A stretch of DNA of 64,000 bases from Bacteroidales bacterium (GCA_023133485.1 JAGLWK010000071.1:2181-66180), one strand, 5' to 3'; positions 48,458-58,614 are shown, counted from the stretch's first letter. A program made the numbers and translations. The notes: a model not told the origin generated them from the letters alone.

Positions 48458-50327
48458 TTAAAATAAATTTCCTATTCCACATTTCAACCGAAAGCAGTAA
48501 AAATAAAAACCTTGTATAATCTTCCTTTCCCGTTTCGTGTTTATTATATAATTTGTTTAAATAATCAATATTAAAATACTGATTTGATATTGAATTATTA
48601 TCATTAATTAACTCTAGCAAAAAATGTTTTAAACCTGCCTTCAACCATTTTTCCATAGGGTTGTCAAACCCTCTTTTTTTCATATATATTTTTTCTTTAG
48701 GCAACCACTTTTCAACTGTTTTTTTATGAATATACTTACCTGTCAGGAGTTTTAGTTTGTATTTCCCCGGTATTGATTCAATAAACTCAACCAGCGGAAC
48801 ATCAAGAAAAGGCACACGTGCTTCAATTGAAGTTGCCATTGACATTTTATCCTCGCATAATAAAAGATTATCAGTTAGAGAAGTACGGGTATCAATATAT
48901 AACATTTGTTCAAGAAGAGACAGATCGTTTACTTTTTGTCGGAATTTTTCAAAATGACCTTTATAATTAACATCACAAACGAAATTATGATATTCACTAT
49001 TATAAAGCTGTTTTTTTTGATTTTCATGAACAATGGTATATGTTTTCAGAAATCTCTCGGATAAATCATTATAATCTAAAGAAATCACAGCACGTTTTAA
49101 TTGTTCGTTTTTATTCAAATTAAATATTAGAGGTTTTAAAAAATTATTTCTTATAAATGCAGGTATTTTTTGATATTGTTTGGAATATTTTATTCCTATG
49201 TGTCTTCCGTATCCTGCCATTGTTTCATCAATTCCCTGACCATTTAAAAGAACTTTAACATGTTTTCTTGCTTCTTTGGCAACAAAGTAATATGCAGCAG
49301 CAGATTCATTACCAATTGGTTCTTCAAGATGCCAAATATAATTTTCGAAAAAATCAATATAATCACTTGCTTTTATTATATATGAATAGAATTCAGCACC
49401 AAACATTTCTGCTGTTTTTTTTGCTTCATAAACTTCGTTTGTTTTATAGCCTTCTTCAAAATCAACAGTAAATGCTTTTATAGGTTCGTCAGATATTTCT
49501 GACATTATTGCAAGCAATGCACCAGAATCAACTCCGCTGCTAAGGGAAAGACCAATTGGTGCATCGCTGATCATTTGACGTTTTGTTGCAGAAAAATATA
49601 GATGTTGAAGTTTTTCTTTATAATAATTTTCTTTTTTGTTTTCAATAACCGGGATATAGTTCCAATAACATTCTTTTTTAATACTAATATTACTTTTTAT
49701 AATAATAGAATGTGCCGGTTCAAGTTTATTTATGTTTTTAAAAAGAGTTAAAGGAGATGGAGTATGCCTGAAAGTTAAAAGAATATCTAAGGCATTTTTA
49801 TTCAGTTCTTTATTAATGCCTTTAATCTGAAGGATTGATTTAATTTCTGAAGCAAAAATAAATCTTCCTTTTTGGTAATAATAATATAATGGTTTAACTC
49901 CAAAATGGTCTCTTGCAAGGAAAAGTTCTTTTTCTTTTTTGTCCCAAATTGCAAAAGCAAATATTCCGTTTAGATATTTTGGTAAATCATATTTTTTTTC
50001 TTTAAAAAGTGCAAGAATAACTTCTGTATCGGAAGTTGAATGGAATTTATAATCTTTTTTTATAAGTTCTTCTTTAAGCTCCGGAAAGTTATAAATTTCT
50101 CCATTAAAAACAATTACATATCTTCCATCATCAGAAAACATTGGTTGGTGACCTGTCTGACTTAAATCAATAATACTCAATCTTCTATGCCCTAATCCAA
50201 TATTGTCTTTGCACCATATTCCTTCATCATCCGGTCCTCGATGACTAATAATATCAGTCATTTGTTTTATTACTGATTCTTCAACTTTGGATCCTTGTTT
50301 TTCTAATATTCCTGTTATTCCGCACAT
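48450..50327 (-). CDS. asparagine synthase (glutamine-hydrolysing)-type amidotransferase (WbpS-like)
   Basis: N-terminal MCGITG with the Cys2 nucleophile, and the PP-loop SLSSGVDSGAL. 625 aa. Confidence 0.85.
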   Translation of the reverse strand: MCGITGILEKQGSKVEESVIKQMTDIISHRGPDDEGIWCKDNIGLGHRRLSIIDLSQTGHQPMFSDDGRYVIVFNGEIYNFPELKEELIKKDYKFHSTSDTEVILALFKEKKYDLPKYLNGIFAFAIWDKKEKELFLARDHFGVKPLYYYYQKGRFIFASEIKSILQIKGINKELNKNALDILLTFRHTPSPLTLFKNINKLEPAHSIIIKSNISIKKECYWNYIPVIENKKENYYKEKLQHLYFSATKRQMISDAPIGLSLSSGVDSGALLAIMSEISDEPIKAFTVDFEEGYKTNEVYEAKKTAEMFGAEFYSYIIKASDYIDFFENYIWHLEEPIGNESAAAYYFVAKEARKHVKVLLNGQGIDETMAGYGRHIGIKYSKQYQKIPAFIRNNFLKPLIFNLNKNEQLKRAVISLDYNDLSERFLKTYTIVHENQKKQLYNSEYHNFVCDVNYKGHFEKFRQKVNDLSLLEQMLYIDTRTSLTDNLLLCEDKMSMATSIEARVPFLDVPLVEFIESIPGKYKLKLLTGKYIHKKTVEKWLPKEKIYMKKRGFDNPMEKWLKAGLKHFLLELINDNNSISNQYFNIDYLNKLYNKHETGKEDYTRFLFLLLSVEMWNRKFILNA

Positions 50328-51454
50328 ACACGTTTATATATTTTTAAAGTTTCTTCAGCAATATTGATATAATTATATTTAATGATTTTTTCTCTGTAAT
50401 TATTATTTTTAAATTTTATAGCACTTAATAATTTTTCCGCAAAATGATTTGCATTATAATCACTAATATAACATCCTTCAAAATCAGCAAGAACTTCTTT
50501 AACATCACCAACATCTGTTGAAACAACAGGAAGATTACATGCAAGAGCTTCTTTTATAACAATTGGACTTCCTTCATATAATGAAGTAAAACCAAATACA
50601 TTTGATGCTGAAAACAAAGCTGAAATTTCTGAATGATCAATTTCACCAATAAAAATAACATCTTTTATTTTTTCAATTCTAAGTTTTTGTTTTAATTTTT
50701 CTTCTTCTGCCCCAAATCCAGCTATTATAAGCCATAAGTCAGTAATTTTTTCTTTTACATTTTTGTATGCATCAATTAATAATGTCAGGTTTTTTTCATA
50801 ATCTATCCTGCCAAGATATAATATTACTTTTGTATCAAGAGGAATTCCAAATTTTTTCTTTGCAATAAAAAAATCAACTGGAATAATGGTTAAAAAGTCA
50901 ATTCCCGTTGGGATAACTGATATTTTATCTTTAATAAAAGGATATAAATTAACATAGTAATCCATTGTTTGTTTACTAACAGCAATAATATGATCTGCTT
51001 TTTTAAAAGAATATTTTTGCATTATAATATATATCAAATATTGCCATTTTGATTTATTATCTTTTATAGAAATATTATGTCTTCCATGCAATGTTACTAT
51101 TGTTTTTATTCTTTTTGATTTAAAAAGGAAAAAAGGCACAAGCATATCAGGTCTTTGTGAATGAATAATTGAAAATTTATCAATTTTAAAAAAAGGTATT
51201 TTTATTAATAATGAAAGAAGAAATTTAAAATTGTTTGGATTGGATAATTTAATTATAGAGTAAAAGTTACTAAAAACATTTTGTTCAATGTTGTCTTTCC
51301 CTGTTCCTATTAATGTACATTCAATTCCTTTATGAATTAAATATTTCGATAGGGCAATCAAATATGACATAATCCCACCAGTAGAATTACGTAATGGATT
51401 TTCATTTTCAACAAAATATATTTTATTAATCATTTCGGAATTAGCTTGTTTCAT
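50315..51454 (-). CDS. GT4-family glycosyltransferase
   Basis: The C-terminal YEGSPIVIKEALACNLPVVSTDVGD stretch is the E-x7-E motif. Confidence 0.75.
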   Translation of the reverse strand: MKQANSEMINKIYFVENENPLRNSTGGIMSYLIALSKYLIHKGIECTLIGTGKDNIEQNVFSNFYSIIKLSNPNNFKFLLSLLIKIPFFKIDKFSIIHSQRPDMLVPFFLFKSKRIKTIVTLHGRHNISIKDNKSKWQYLIYIIMQKYSFKKADHIIAVSKQTMDYYVNLYPFIKDKISVIPTGIDFLTIIPVDFFIAKKKFGIPLDTKVILYLGRIDYEKNLTLLIDAYKNVKEKITDLWLIIAGFGAEEEKLKQKLRIEKIKDVIFIGEIDHSEISALFSASNVFGFTSLYEGSPIVIKEALACNLPVVSTDVGDVKEVLADFEGCYISDYNANHFAEKLLSAIKFKNNNYREKIIKYNYINIAEETLKIYKRVCAE

Positions 51455-53243
51455 TAAACCAAAATCTTAATGAAAAATGTTTAGCCAAATCATGATAAGT
51501 GTTATGATAGGCATCTATGAGACTATTAAAGAATTCATTTTTATTATTTATTATTTCCTTATTTTTATTAAAAACCATTTGTCCCCAGTAACTAGACTTA
51601 AAAGTTTTATTCACATTTAAAAGTGAATTTATTTTATATCTAGTATAACCTGGTATAATTGATAAAGGAAATAATTTTGATTGTAAATTTTGTGGAGTAA
51701 AATATCTACCTGTTTTGATTGTCATCAATTTGGGATAATTATTTTTAAATATTGGAAGGTATAAACTTTGCCCCAATTTTAGTGATTTTGGATTTCTTTT
51801 AAATGCATAATTATTTAATTCCGGAATTGGTGTTTTAAATAGAAATTCAACAAATTCATCATCAATATATGGAGATGTAATATGACAGTATAAACGATTT
51901 CCATGTATTTCATGTCCAAAATATTTTCTAAATCCTTCATTAATTGCAAAATAATATATTTGTTTATATTTTTCACCTATATTTTTTAACTCAAGAAAAT
52001 ATTTTAATGTTTCATCTAAAAAATCGTATTTATTCTCAGTTAAAAAATCTGTATTCAATAAGTTTTTCCCTTTTTCTTTTATAAATTTTTTTTCAAGCTC
52101 CTTTTCTACCGTTTTAGAATAAAAGACATCTATAAAATCTTTATTGAATATATGCCCGACAGAATTTGTTGGTCGTAATAACTCACTGCCAAATAAACCT
52201 GTAACTATTTTTTTTGAAATATTTGACAAGAAAGAATATGAATAATTATGATTAGCTCGTCTTATTGTTCCCTTCCCTCCGGATAAAATAACGGCTTGTT
52301 TTCCAAAAAAATCATATTGCTCTTCAAATTTATTGTTTAAATATATTGGAAGGTATTTAATGCCTGTTTTGATTGCTATTTCTTTTGGAATTTTTATTTC
52401 AACACTATTAGGAATACCCCATGAGTAAAACAATATATTTTTATTTGAATTTATTAAATATGAAAGGTTAGCTCTACTATCAAAACCAGATGTAAGTGAA
52501 GCACAAATTATATTATCATTTTCAATTAAATTATTTAAAGTTTCATTAAAAATTTCAGGTATCAAATCATAAGTTTGTTTCCATGATATTATTTCATTAT
52601 TATCAATAATATCTTTGTAATCAAAGTATTTAATGGTTGATAATTTGTTTTTATTATAATTAATATGGCAGCCGGGTTGAAGAATATTTATGTTCTTATA
52701 TAAAGTCCTTTTTCCTAAAGAATAGTCAAAAATGGAATGCTGTATTAATGATACATTATCAATTTGACAATTAGTTAAAGATAATTTTAATAATGAATAT
52801 AATGAAGTTGAAAATAGCAAGCTGTTATCTTTGTGCTGGTAATAAAAGTCTAATAATCCACTTTTTGAATTAAAAAACCGGTAATTTGAATTTTTCTCAT
52901 CAAAAATTACAACTATAAAAATCCCTTTAATATAATTGATAAAAGAACTTCCATGTTCTTTATAAAGTTCAAATACATTTTTTGCATCAATTTTACCTGT
53001 CTTGTAATTTAGAATTTCTGAACTTTTTCTTAAATAAATTTCCCCAATAATAAAAACATAAAAATCTTTATTTGTATATAGTGTATTTGGCTCATTATTA
53101 AAACGGTAAGAGGTAAGAGAAAAGTTTTTTCCCGTGTAATTGTTTCTTATATATATACTTTTATTCAAAAAAAATTCAAATGACTTATTATATTCAAATT
53201 TCTTTGATCCTATTAATGAAATAATTCCGCTTATATCAAACAT
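51441..53243 (-). CDS. asparagine-synthetase-like adenylating amidoligase lacking the glutaminase cysteine
   Basis: Has the PP-loop-like SLTSGFDSRANL, but the N-terminus is MFDISG with no Cys2. Confidence 0.6.
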   Translation of the reverse strand: MFDISGIISLIGSKKFEYNKSFEFFLNKSIYIRNNYTGKNFSLTSYRFNNEPNTLYTNKDFYVFIIGEIYLRKSSEILNYKTGKIDAKNVFELYKEHGSSFINYIKGIFIVVIFDEKNSNYRFFNSKSGLLDFYYQHKDNSLLFSTSLYSLLKLSLTNCQIDNVSLIQHSIFDYSLGKRTLYKNINILQPGCHINYNKNKLSTIKYFDYKDIIDNNEIISWKQTYDLIPEIFNETLNNLIENDNIICASLTSGFDSRANLSYLINSNKNILFYSWGIPNSVEIKIPKEIAIKTGIKYLPIYLNNKFEEQYDFFGKQAVILSGGKGTIRRANHNYSYSFLSNISKKIVTGLFGSELLRPTNSVGHIFNKDFIDVFYSKTVEKELEKKFIKEKGKNLLNTDFLTENKYDFLDETLKYFLELKNIGEKYKQIYYFAINEGFRKYFGHEIHGNRLYCHITSPYIDDEFVEFLFKTPIPELNNYAFKRNPKSLKLGQSLYLPIFKNNYPKLMTIKTGRYFTPQNLQSKLFPLSIIPGYTRYKINSLLNVNKTFKSSYWGQMVFNKNKEIINNKNEFFNSLIDAYHNTYHDLAKHFSLRFWFNETS

Positions 53244-53246
53244 TTA

Positions 53247-54434
53247 TTAAAATATTTTTTTTAATACCCTTTTAATATATAATCTATACATTAATGAAGG
53301 TTCATTCCAATATATATCAGAATAATATACTTTGTTAAAATAGGATTTAATCCATTTAATAAAAGAAAGTGAGCCTTCTTTTTTATATTCTAAGAATGTT
53401 GGGATATCTCGTGAAATTGAAACCCAATAAATATTTTTGTTTAGTGGTTTTACTGAGTTTTGTTCTTTCCCGATTAATTCATTGTAAGCAATTGTATAAA
53501 TATCAACTTCTAATTTTTTCCCGATTATATCCCATAATCCAATTCTTGTATTTACTTCAATTAGTTTATAGCTACCATCATTTTCGTCTTTTTTCATTTC
53601 AACACCAGCAGGTCCATAATATTCATTTTTTATTAATAGATTTAAACAGTAGTCTTTAATTGGTGAGGGGTCTGTGGTTTTCATAAAAGAAGCACTTCCA
53701 AAATGAATAGGAGTTATTCTTAGTTTTCTCCCACAAAAATATCCCAAACAAGTTCCATTTTTATCAATATAACAAACAAAATATAATAGATTTTCATCAG
53801 GACCCGGAACAACTTCCTGTATTATTATATTATTATCATATTTAGATATTATTTCCCATTGATTAATAAGTTCATTTTTTGTTTTAACATAAACTACTTT
53901 TTTACTATCAACAATATTTTCTAATGGTTTCTTTCTCCAGCTTTGAGCATATTTTGGTTTAATAACACAAGGAAAAGATAAATTATTCATTTCTTTCAAT
54001 AATTCATCTTTTGTTATTGGAGAAATCATTAATGGTACAGGAATATTAGTATTAACAGCTACTTTATACATTTCCTCTTTTGACATTAATTTTTCTGTGA
54101 TGAAATTTTTAGAAGTATTAAAATAAAAATGTTTTTTTAATATATTTTCATTTTTTAATATTGTTTTAATAAAACAATCTGATGTAATAAAAACTACTGC
54201 TTTTTTTTTCCATTTTTTTTGAATTGAAATTATAAAATCAATAAAAATAGTTTCATTTTCTTCAGGATCAGGACATTTTATTGTTTTCTTTCCTCTTAGC
54301 AAATAACCTATAGCGTCATCACGGAAATCAACACCTAGACATTCAATCTTTTTCTTTGTAAAATGCTTAATTATATCTATTCCCGGAATATAAAGTCCCA
54401 AAACCAAAACCGGATTGAAATTCTTTTTATTCAT
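53247..54434 (-). CDS. ATP-grasp carboxylate-amine ligase
   Basis: About 395 aa. Has FPCVIKPKY...W, IIQEVVPG and GPAGVEMKKD...KLIEVNTR motifs in ATP-grasp order. Confidence 0.65.
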   Translation of the reverse strand: MNKKNFNPVLVLGLYIPGIDIIKHFTKKKIECLGVDFRDDAIGYLLRGKKTIKCPDPEENETIFIDFIISIQKKWKKKAVVFITSDCFIKTILKNENILKKHFYFNTSKNFITEKLMSKEEMYKVAVNTNIPVPLMISPITKDELLKEMNNLSFPCVIKPKYAQSWRKKPLENIVDSKKVVYVKTKNELINQWEIISKYDNNIIIQEVVPGPDENLLYFVCYIDKNGTCLGYFCGRKLRITPIHFGSASFMKTTDPSPIKDYCLNLLIKNEYYGPAGVEMKKDENDGSYKLIEVNTRIGLWDIIGKKLEVDIYTIAYNELIGKEQNSVKPLNKNIYWVSISRDIPTFLEYKKEGSLSFIKWIKSYFNKVYYSDIYWNEPSLMYRLYIKRVLKKIF

Positions 54435-55167
54435 TAATAATATACTTAAGATTTTTAAATACGTTTACAAATAAGTATTTAATTTTAGTTTTAAATGGGA
54501 TTATTGGAATAATCTTTCCATTTTGATTTGAAGAAATTATTTTTACTATTTTTTTAAATACACTTTTAGGAAGAATAAGGTTTCTATTTGTCCGTTCGTT
54601 TGGATACTTAATTAAAAATTCCTTTGTAATAATTGTTGATGGACAAATAGTATTTATTGTAACACCTGAACCATATAATTCTTTACCAATAGATTCAGTA
54701 AAATTTAATAAAGCCAATTTTGATGAACCATAAATACTTCCTGTTTTATATCCTTGAAAAGCAGCATTTGAAGATATATTTATTATTTTTCCGTGTTTGT
54801 TTTTTATAAAATACGGTAATATTGCGTGTATTATTTTTATAGGTGCAATAGTATTTACAAAAAAAATATCATCAATTTCTTTGTTGCTAAATTCAGAAAA
54901 AATTTTGAACGATTTTATTCCTGCATTATTAATTAAAATATCTATATGATAAACCTTAAGTATATTATTTATTGTTTCATTTATTTTGTAGATTTCTCTT
55001 AAATCAATTTGAAAGTACCCTTCAAGCATGTTAAAAAAATCATTATCAATATCCTTTTCTGATTTTATATCTATTCCTATTATTTTATATCCTGAATTAT
55101 AAAACTCTTCGCAAAGAAATTTTCCTAAACCCTGAGTGCAACCTGTTAATAAAATGTTTTTATACAT
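54427..55167 (-). CDS. short-chain dehydrogenase/reductase
   Basis: Has TGCTQGLGKFL (TGxxxGxG), NNAG and YGSSK (YxxxK). Confidence 0.8.
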   Translation of the reverse strand: MYKNILLTGCTQGLGKFLCEEFYNSGYKIIGIDIKSEKDIDNDFFNMLEGYFQIDLREIYKINETINNILKVYHIDILINNAGIKSFKIFSEFSNKEIDDIFFVNTIAPIKIIHAILPYFIKNKHGKIINISSNAAFQGYKTGSIYGSSKLALLNFTESIGKELYGSGVTINTICPSTIITKEFLIKYPNERTNRNLILPKSVFKKIVKIISSNQNGKIIPIIPFKTKIKYLFVNVFKNLKYIINE

Positions 55168-56143
55168 TTTTTTTATTTAAATAGTTAATATATTTTTCAG
55201 TTGTAGTAATATAAATTTTATCTCTATTTTTTGCAAGATGATCAAATATGTTTGGCAAAATTATATCTGCAACACATAAATCCATTGATGGATGAAACCA
55301 AAAATAACAAATTTTATTGTATTTGATTGCTCTGTTAATTATTTTTTTATAACGGTAAATATGATATTTTTCTGACCAATAATTATTATAACATATTTCT
55401 GCTGTACTTTTAATTTCCCATAAACCCGTTTTATGTTTTTTGGGATATCCTAAAACATTCCTATAATCTGTCCGAAAAGAAGTAAATCCCTTTTTTGACA
55501 AATTAGCAAGATTTCCTATTGTATGTCCGGGATGAACAAAACTTTTTAACTTAATATTATACTTATTAGCCAGTTCAATACATTTCGAAATTTCTTTATC
55601 AAATACTTCTTTTAAACAAATTTCATCACTACAATCAATATGAGAAAAGGTATGGCAAGCAATTTCATGTAGTACTTTTCTATTAATAATATCTTTAATA
55701 ATATCGGGGGCATACCAAAGAGGGTTGTTTGTTAAATTTGAACATGGATCGGCATCATACCAGTCTCCTTTAATAAATTTCCAATATTTATTTTCAAAAT
55801 ATGACAAACGGGGCATTTCAGGATGTGCAATATTTTCTTTTTTTGAACATTCTTCAAGAAAAAGATGTCCAACTGTTGCCCATGTTATTGGAATATTATA
55901 TTTATCGCACAAATTAAGAATTTTTGGTATATTTTTTCTGGCATTTTCAGCTTTTTTAAAAGCTCTTTTTAAAGGATCTTTTTCATATTTACTAAACCTC
56001 CATGCCCATGCAAGTTCAAAGTCTGCTGATAATATAAAAACAGCAGAATAACCATGGGGAATAAAATCATTTTTATTTTTCGATCTTATAATTTTAGGAT
56101 TTCTGCCTAATTCGAAATTTATTTTACTTAATATTGATTGCAA
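55160..56143 (-). CDS. polysaccharide deacetylase-like protein (second copy)
   Basis: Has a His-rich HTFSHID motif and the overall CE4-like order. Divergent from 45406-46374. Confidence 0.55.
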   Translation of the reverse strand: MQSILSKINFELGRNPKIIRSKNKNDFIPHGYSAVFILSADFELAWAWRFSKYEKDPLKRAFKKAENARKNIPKILNLCDKYNIPITWATVGHLFLEECSKKENIAHPEMPRLSYFENKYWKFIKGDWYDADPCSNLTNNPLWYAPDIIKDIINRKVLHEIACHTFSHIDCSDEICLKEVFDKEISKCIELANKYNIKLKSFVHPGHTIGNLANLSKKGFTSFRTDYRNVLGYPKKHKTGLWEIKSTAEICYNNYWSEKYHIYRYKKIINRAIKYNKICYFWFHPSMDLCVADIILPNIFDHLAKNRDKIYITTTEKYINYLNKKNV

Positions 56144-56151
56144 ATAGCTAG

Positions 56152-57219
56152 TTATAAAGTATTATTTTTTAATGATTTTATTATTGTTACAAATTTCTCT
56201 ATGTTTTTATTATAATTGAATTTATTTTTTACTGTATTAATTGCATTAAATTTAATTTTTTTTATTAGTTTATTATCATATCGCAAGTTCTCAACAATAC
56301 TTACAATTTGTTGATGAGAATTTTCACTAATTAAAAAGCCATTTTCTTCATTAATAATTATTTCATTTGTTGCACCAATATCTGTTGCAATTGGTATCAA
56401 ACCGGCAGCCATATATTCAAGAATAGAATTTGATATGCCTTCACCATATTTTATTGTAGAACAAAGGACGCCAATTTTACATTTTAAAAGATAATTTTCA
56501 ATATTTGAAACTTTTCCTAAAAAAATAAACTTTGAAGATATAGATTTAGGTAATGTTTTTATATGATTTTTATATTTTTCAAAATGTTTACCGCTACCTG
56601 CAAGAAAAATATTGTCAATAAGATTTTTTTCGGCAAGTATTTCTGATGCATTAATATATGTTTTATGATCTTTATAATCCGAAAAATTTGCAAGCATTAT
56701 AATATTGAATTCTTCAGAATTTTGTTCCTTAAACCTGTTTATGTTAATTGCATTATACAAAACTTTTCCTGTAACTCCATAAGCCTTAAGCCCTGCAAAT
56801 GAATTACTTATAACAAGATCTGAATTTTTAAGGAGAAATTTTTTAAGCTGATATTCAAATCCTTTTTCAACGCCTGTGTCTCTAATTGATCCATCAACAA
56901 ATTTTATATTACTAAATCTTGTTGAGATATATGAAAAAAAAGAAGACATTGTATCCCATGAATAAACAATATCGGGTTTGGAAGAGCGAATTATTTTTAA
57001 AGTTTTCATTAATCTGATGAAATTGTTACTATAACCAATCTCGTATAATTTATTAACCTGTTTTTTAACAATTTCAGTGTAAAACTGTTCTTTAGAAAAT
57101 GTAATTACAATTGTTTGAATGTTGTTATATTGTTTTAAGCCATTAATAATTTCTGTCAGTTGCCTTTCTTTTCCACCAAGAAACAAGCCATCTATAACAA
57201 ATAATAATTTTATTGACAT
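56152..57219 (-). CDS. GT4-family glycosyltransferase
   Basis: Has the GEGISNSILEYMAAGLIPIATDIG (E-x7-E) motif. Confidence 0.75.
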   Translation of the reverse strand: MSIKLLFVIDGLFLGGKERQLTEIINGLKQYNNIQTIVITFSKEQFYTEIVKKQVNKLYEIGYSNNFIRLMKTLKIIRSSKPDIVYSWDTMSSFFSYISTRFSNIKFVDGSIRDTGVEKGFEYQLKKFLLKNSDLVISNSFAGLKAYGVTGKVLYNAININRFKEQNSEEFNIIMLANFSDYKDHKTYINASEILAEKNLIDNIFLAGSGKHFEKYKNHIKTLPKSISSKFIFLGKVSNIENYLLKCKIGVLCSTIKYGEGISNSILEYMAAGLIPIATDIGATNEIIINEENGFLISENSHQQIVSIVENLRYDNKLIKKIKFNAINTVKNKFNYNKNIEKFVTIIKSLKNNTL

Positions 57220-57220
57220 A

Positions 57221-57853
57221 TTAAAATATAATTAATATCGTCAGTATTATATAATTAGTAAATAGTATTATTATTGATTCAATTTTAGTAATTTTTATTT
57301 TATTAACGATCTTAATGAAGAACGGGAATAATGGTATGATAAAAACCAGTAAGTACCTGTTAAAATCAGAATAGTAAAATGTTGAAACAATAAAAATAAA
57401 TGCACCAAATATTAATGATAAATAAACAATTTTTTCAATAAAAGTAACGTTTCTGAAAATTTTTAATATTATTCCCAATATAAAAATTATTAAAAACGGA
57501 GAACCAAAATATAAAAATTGGCTTATTTGTCTGATCGAAGAATTTTGCTCAATACTTGCTTTTATAACCGCAATACTTTTCCCAGTTATTAAAGTTAACC
57601 ATGAAAAATATCCCATAAAACTAAAAGTAATAAACACTATGAGAATACCTATATAATAAAAAAGAATATTTTTAAATTTTATTTTTTTTAGAAATATAAT
57701 AAAGTAAATAAGTTGAATTAATATGTAGAATAATATTGTAAATTTTGTGTAAAAAGCAAGTCCAGCAAAAATGCCTGAAAGAAGAAACATTATTTTATTT
57801 TCATGCTTATATGTTAGGAAAATTGTTGATATAATTAAAAATAATATTAACAA
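57221..57853 (-). CDS. polytopic membrane protein, probably the C-terminal part of a split GT-C (PMT_2/ArnT-like) enzyme
   Basis: Has GIFAGLAFYTKFT and 6-7 TM helices. It has only a TTG start and overlaps the upstream ORF by 7 nt in another frame. Confidence 0.5.
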   Translation of the reverse strand: MLILFLIISTIFLTYKHENKIMFLLSGIFAGLAFYTKFTILFYILIQLIYFIIFLKKIKFKNILFYYIGILIVFITFSFMGYFSWLTLITGKSIAVIKASIEQNSSIRQISQFLYFGSPFLIIFILGIILKIFRNVTFIEKIVYLSLIFGAFIFIVSTFYYSDFNRYLLVFIIPLFPFFIKIVNKIKITKIESIIILFTNYIILTILIIF

Positions 57854-58614
57854 TGGTTCAGCAGAAACCTCATTAAATAATATAAAAGACGGAATTGATA
57901 AAATGCTTGTTTAAATTTTGAGAAAAAATAAAAAAGTAAAGAAATAATAATTAAATTCAAAAAAATCATACTGTATAAAGCAGACCAATTTGTTACATGG
58001 AAAATTTTAAACCAAGTTGCTAAATATATTGGCGTTAATGGGGGATGCATATACGCTCGATTATTTTCTTTATCTACAGGTAGATCTTTTATTTTCCATT
58101 TATCTCCACTAATCCATTTTAGATTATATTTTTCTATAAATTCTACTGATAGTTTTTTTGCCGCAGGAGAATATCCAACAGTATCAAAAGGGTTTGCTCT
58201 TGTATTCCATGATTTTATTACATATAAAAATCCATGATTTAAAATTTCTTTTGCAGCATCATAATTATTCCATGCAACATCAGAACCTTTCCATTTTTGT
58301 AAAGGGTCTTTAAGTAATTGATAGCCTACTATTGAAAAAATTAGACTAATAATAATTATTATTAAATTAAGGTATTTTCTTATTTTCAAATTTTGAGTTA
58401 AAATGACTAAATATCCAATAAAACCGGCTATAAAAAATATTATTCCTAATAAATTATATTTAACAATAATATTCCCCTCATTGATTGGTGAAAAATGCTT
58501 TTTTAGTAATTGGTAAGCTAATAACCCAATAACAAATAATAAATTAAATAATAAAAAATTATTACGTATTAATCCTGTAAGATTTATTGATAGTTTTGAT
58601 AGAAATTGTATCAT
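57847..58614 (-). CDS. membrane protein, probably the N-terminal part of a split GT-C (PMT_2/ArnT-like) enzyme
   Basis: TM helices, a periplasmic loop and the MHPPLTPIYL motif. Confidence 0.5.
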   Translation of the reverse strand: MIQFLSKLSINLTGLIRNNFLLFNLLFVIGLLAYQLLKKHFSPINEGNIIVKYNLLGIIFFIAGFIGYLVILTQNLKIRKYLNLIIIIISLIFSIVGYQLLKDPLQKWKGSDVAWNNYDAAKEILNHGFLYVIKSWNTRANPFDTVGYSPAAKKLSVEFIEKYNLKWISGDKWKIKDLPVDKENNRAYMHPPLTPIYLATWFKIFHVTNWSALYSMIFLNLIIISLLFYFFSKFKQAFYQFRLLYYLMRFLLNHC

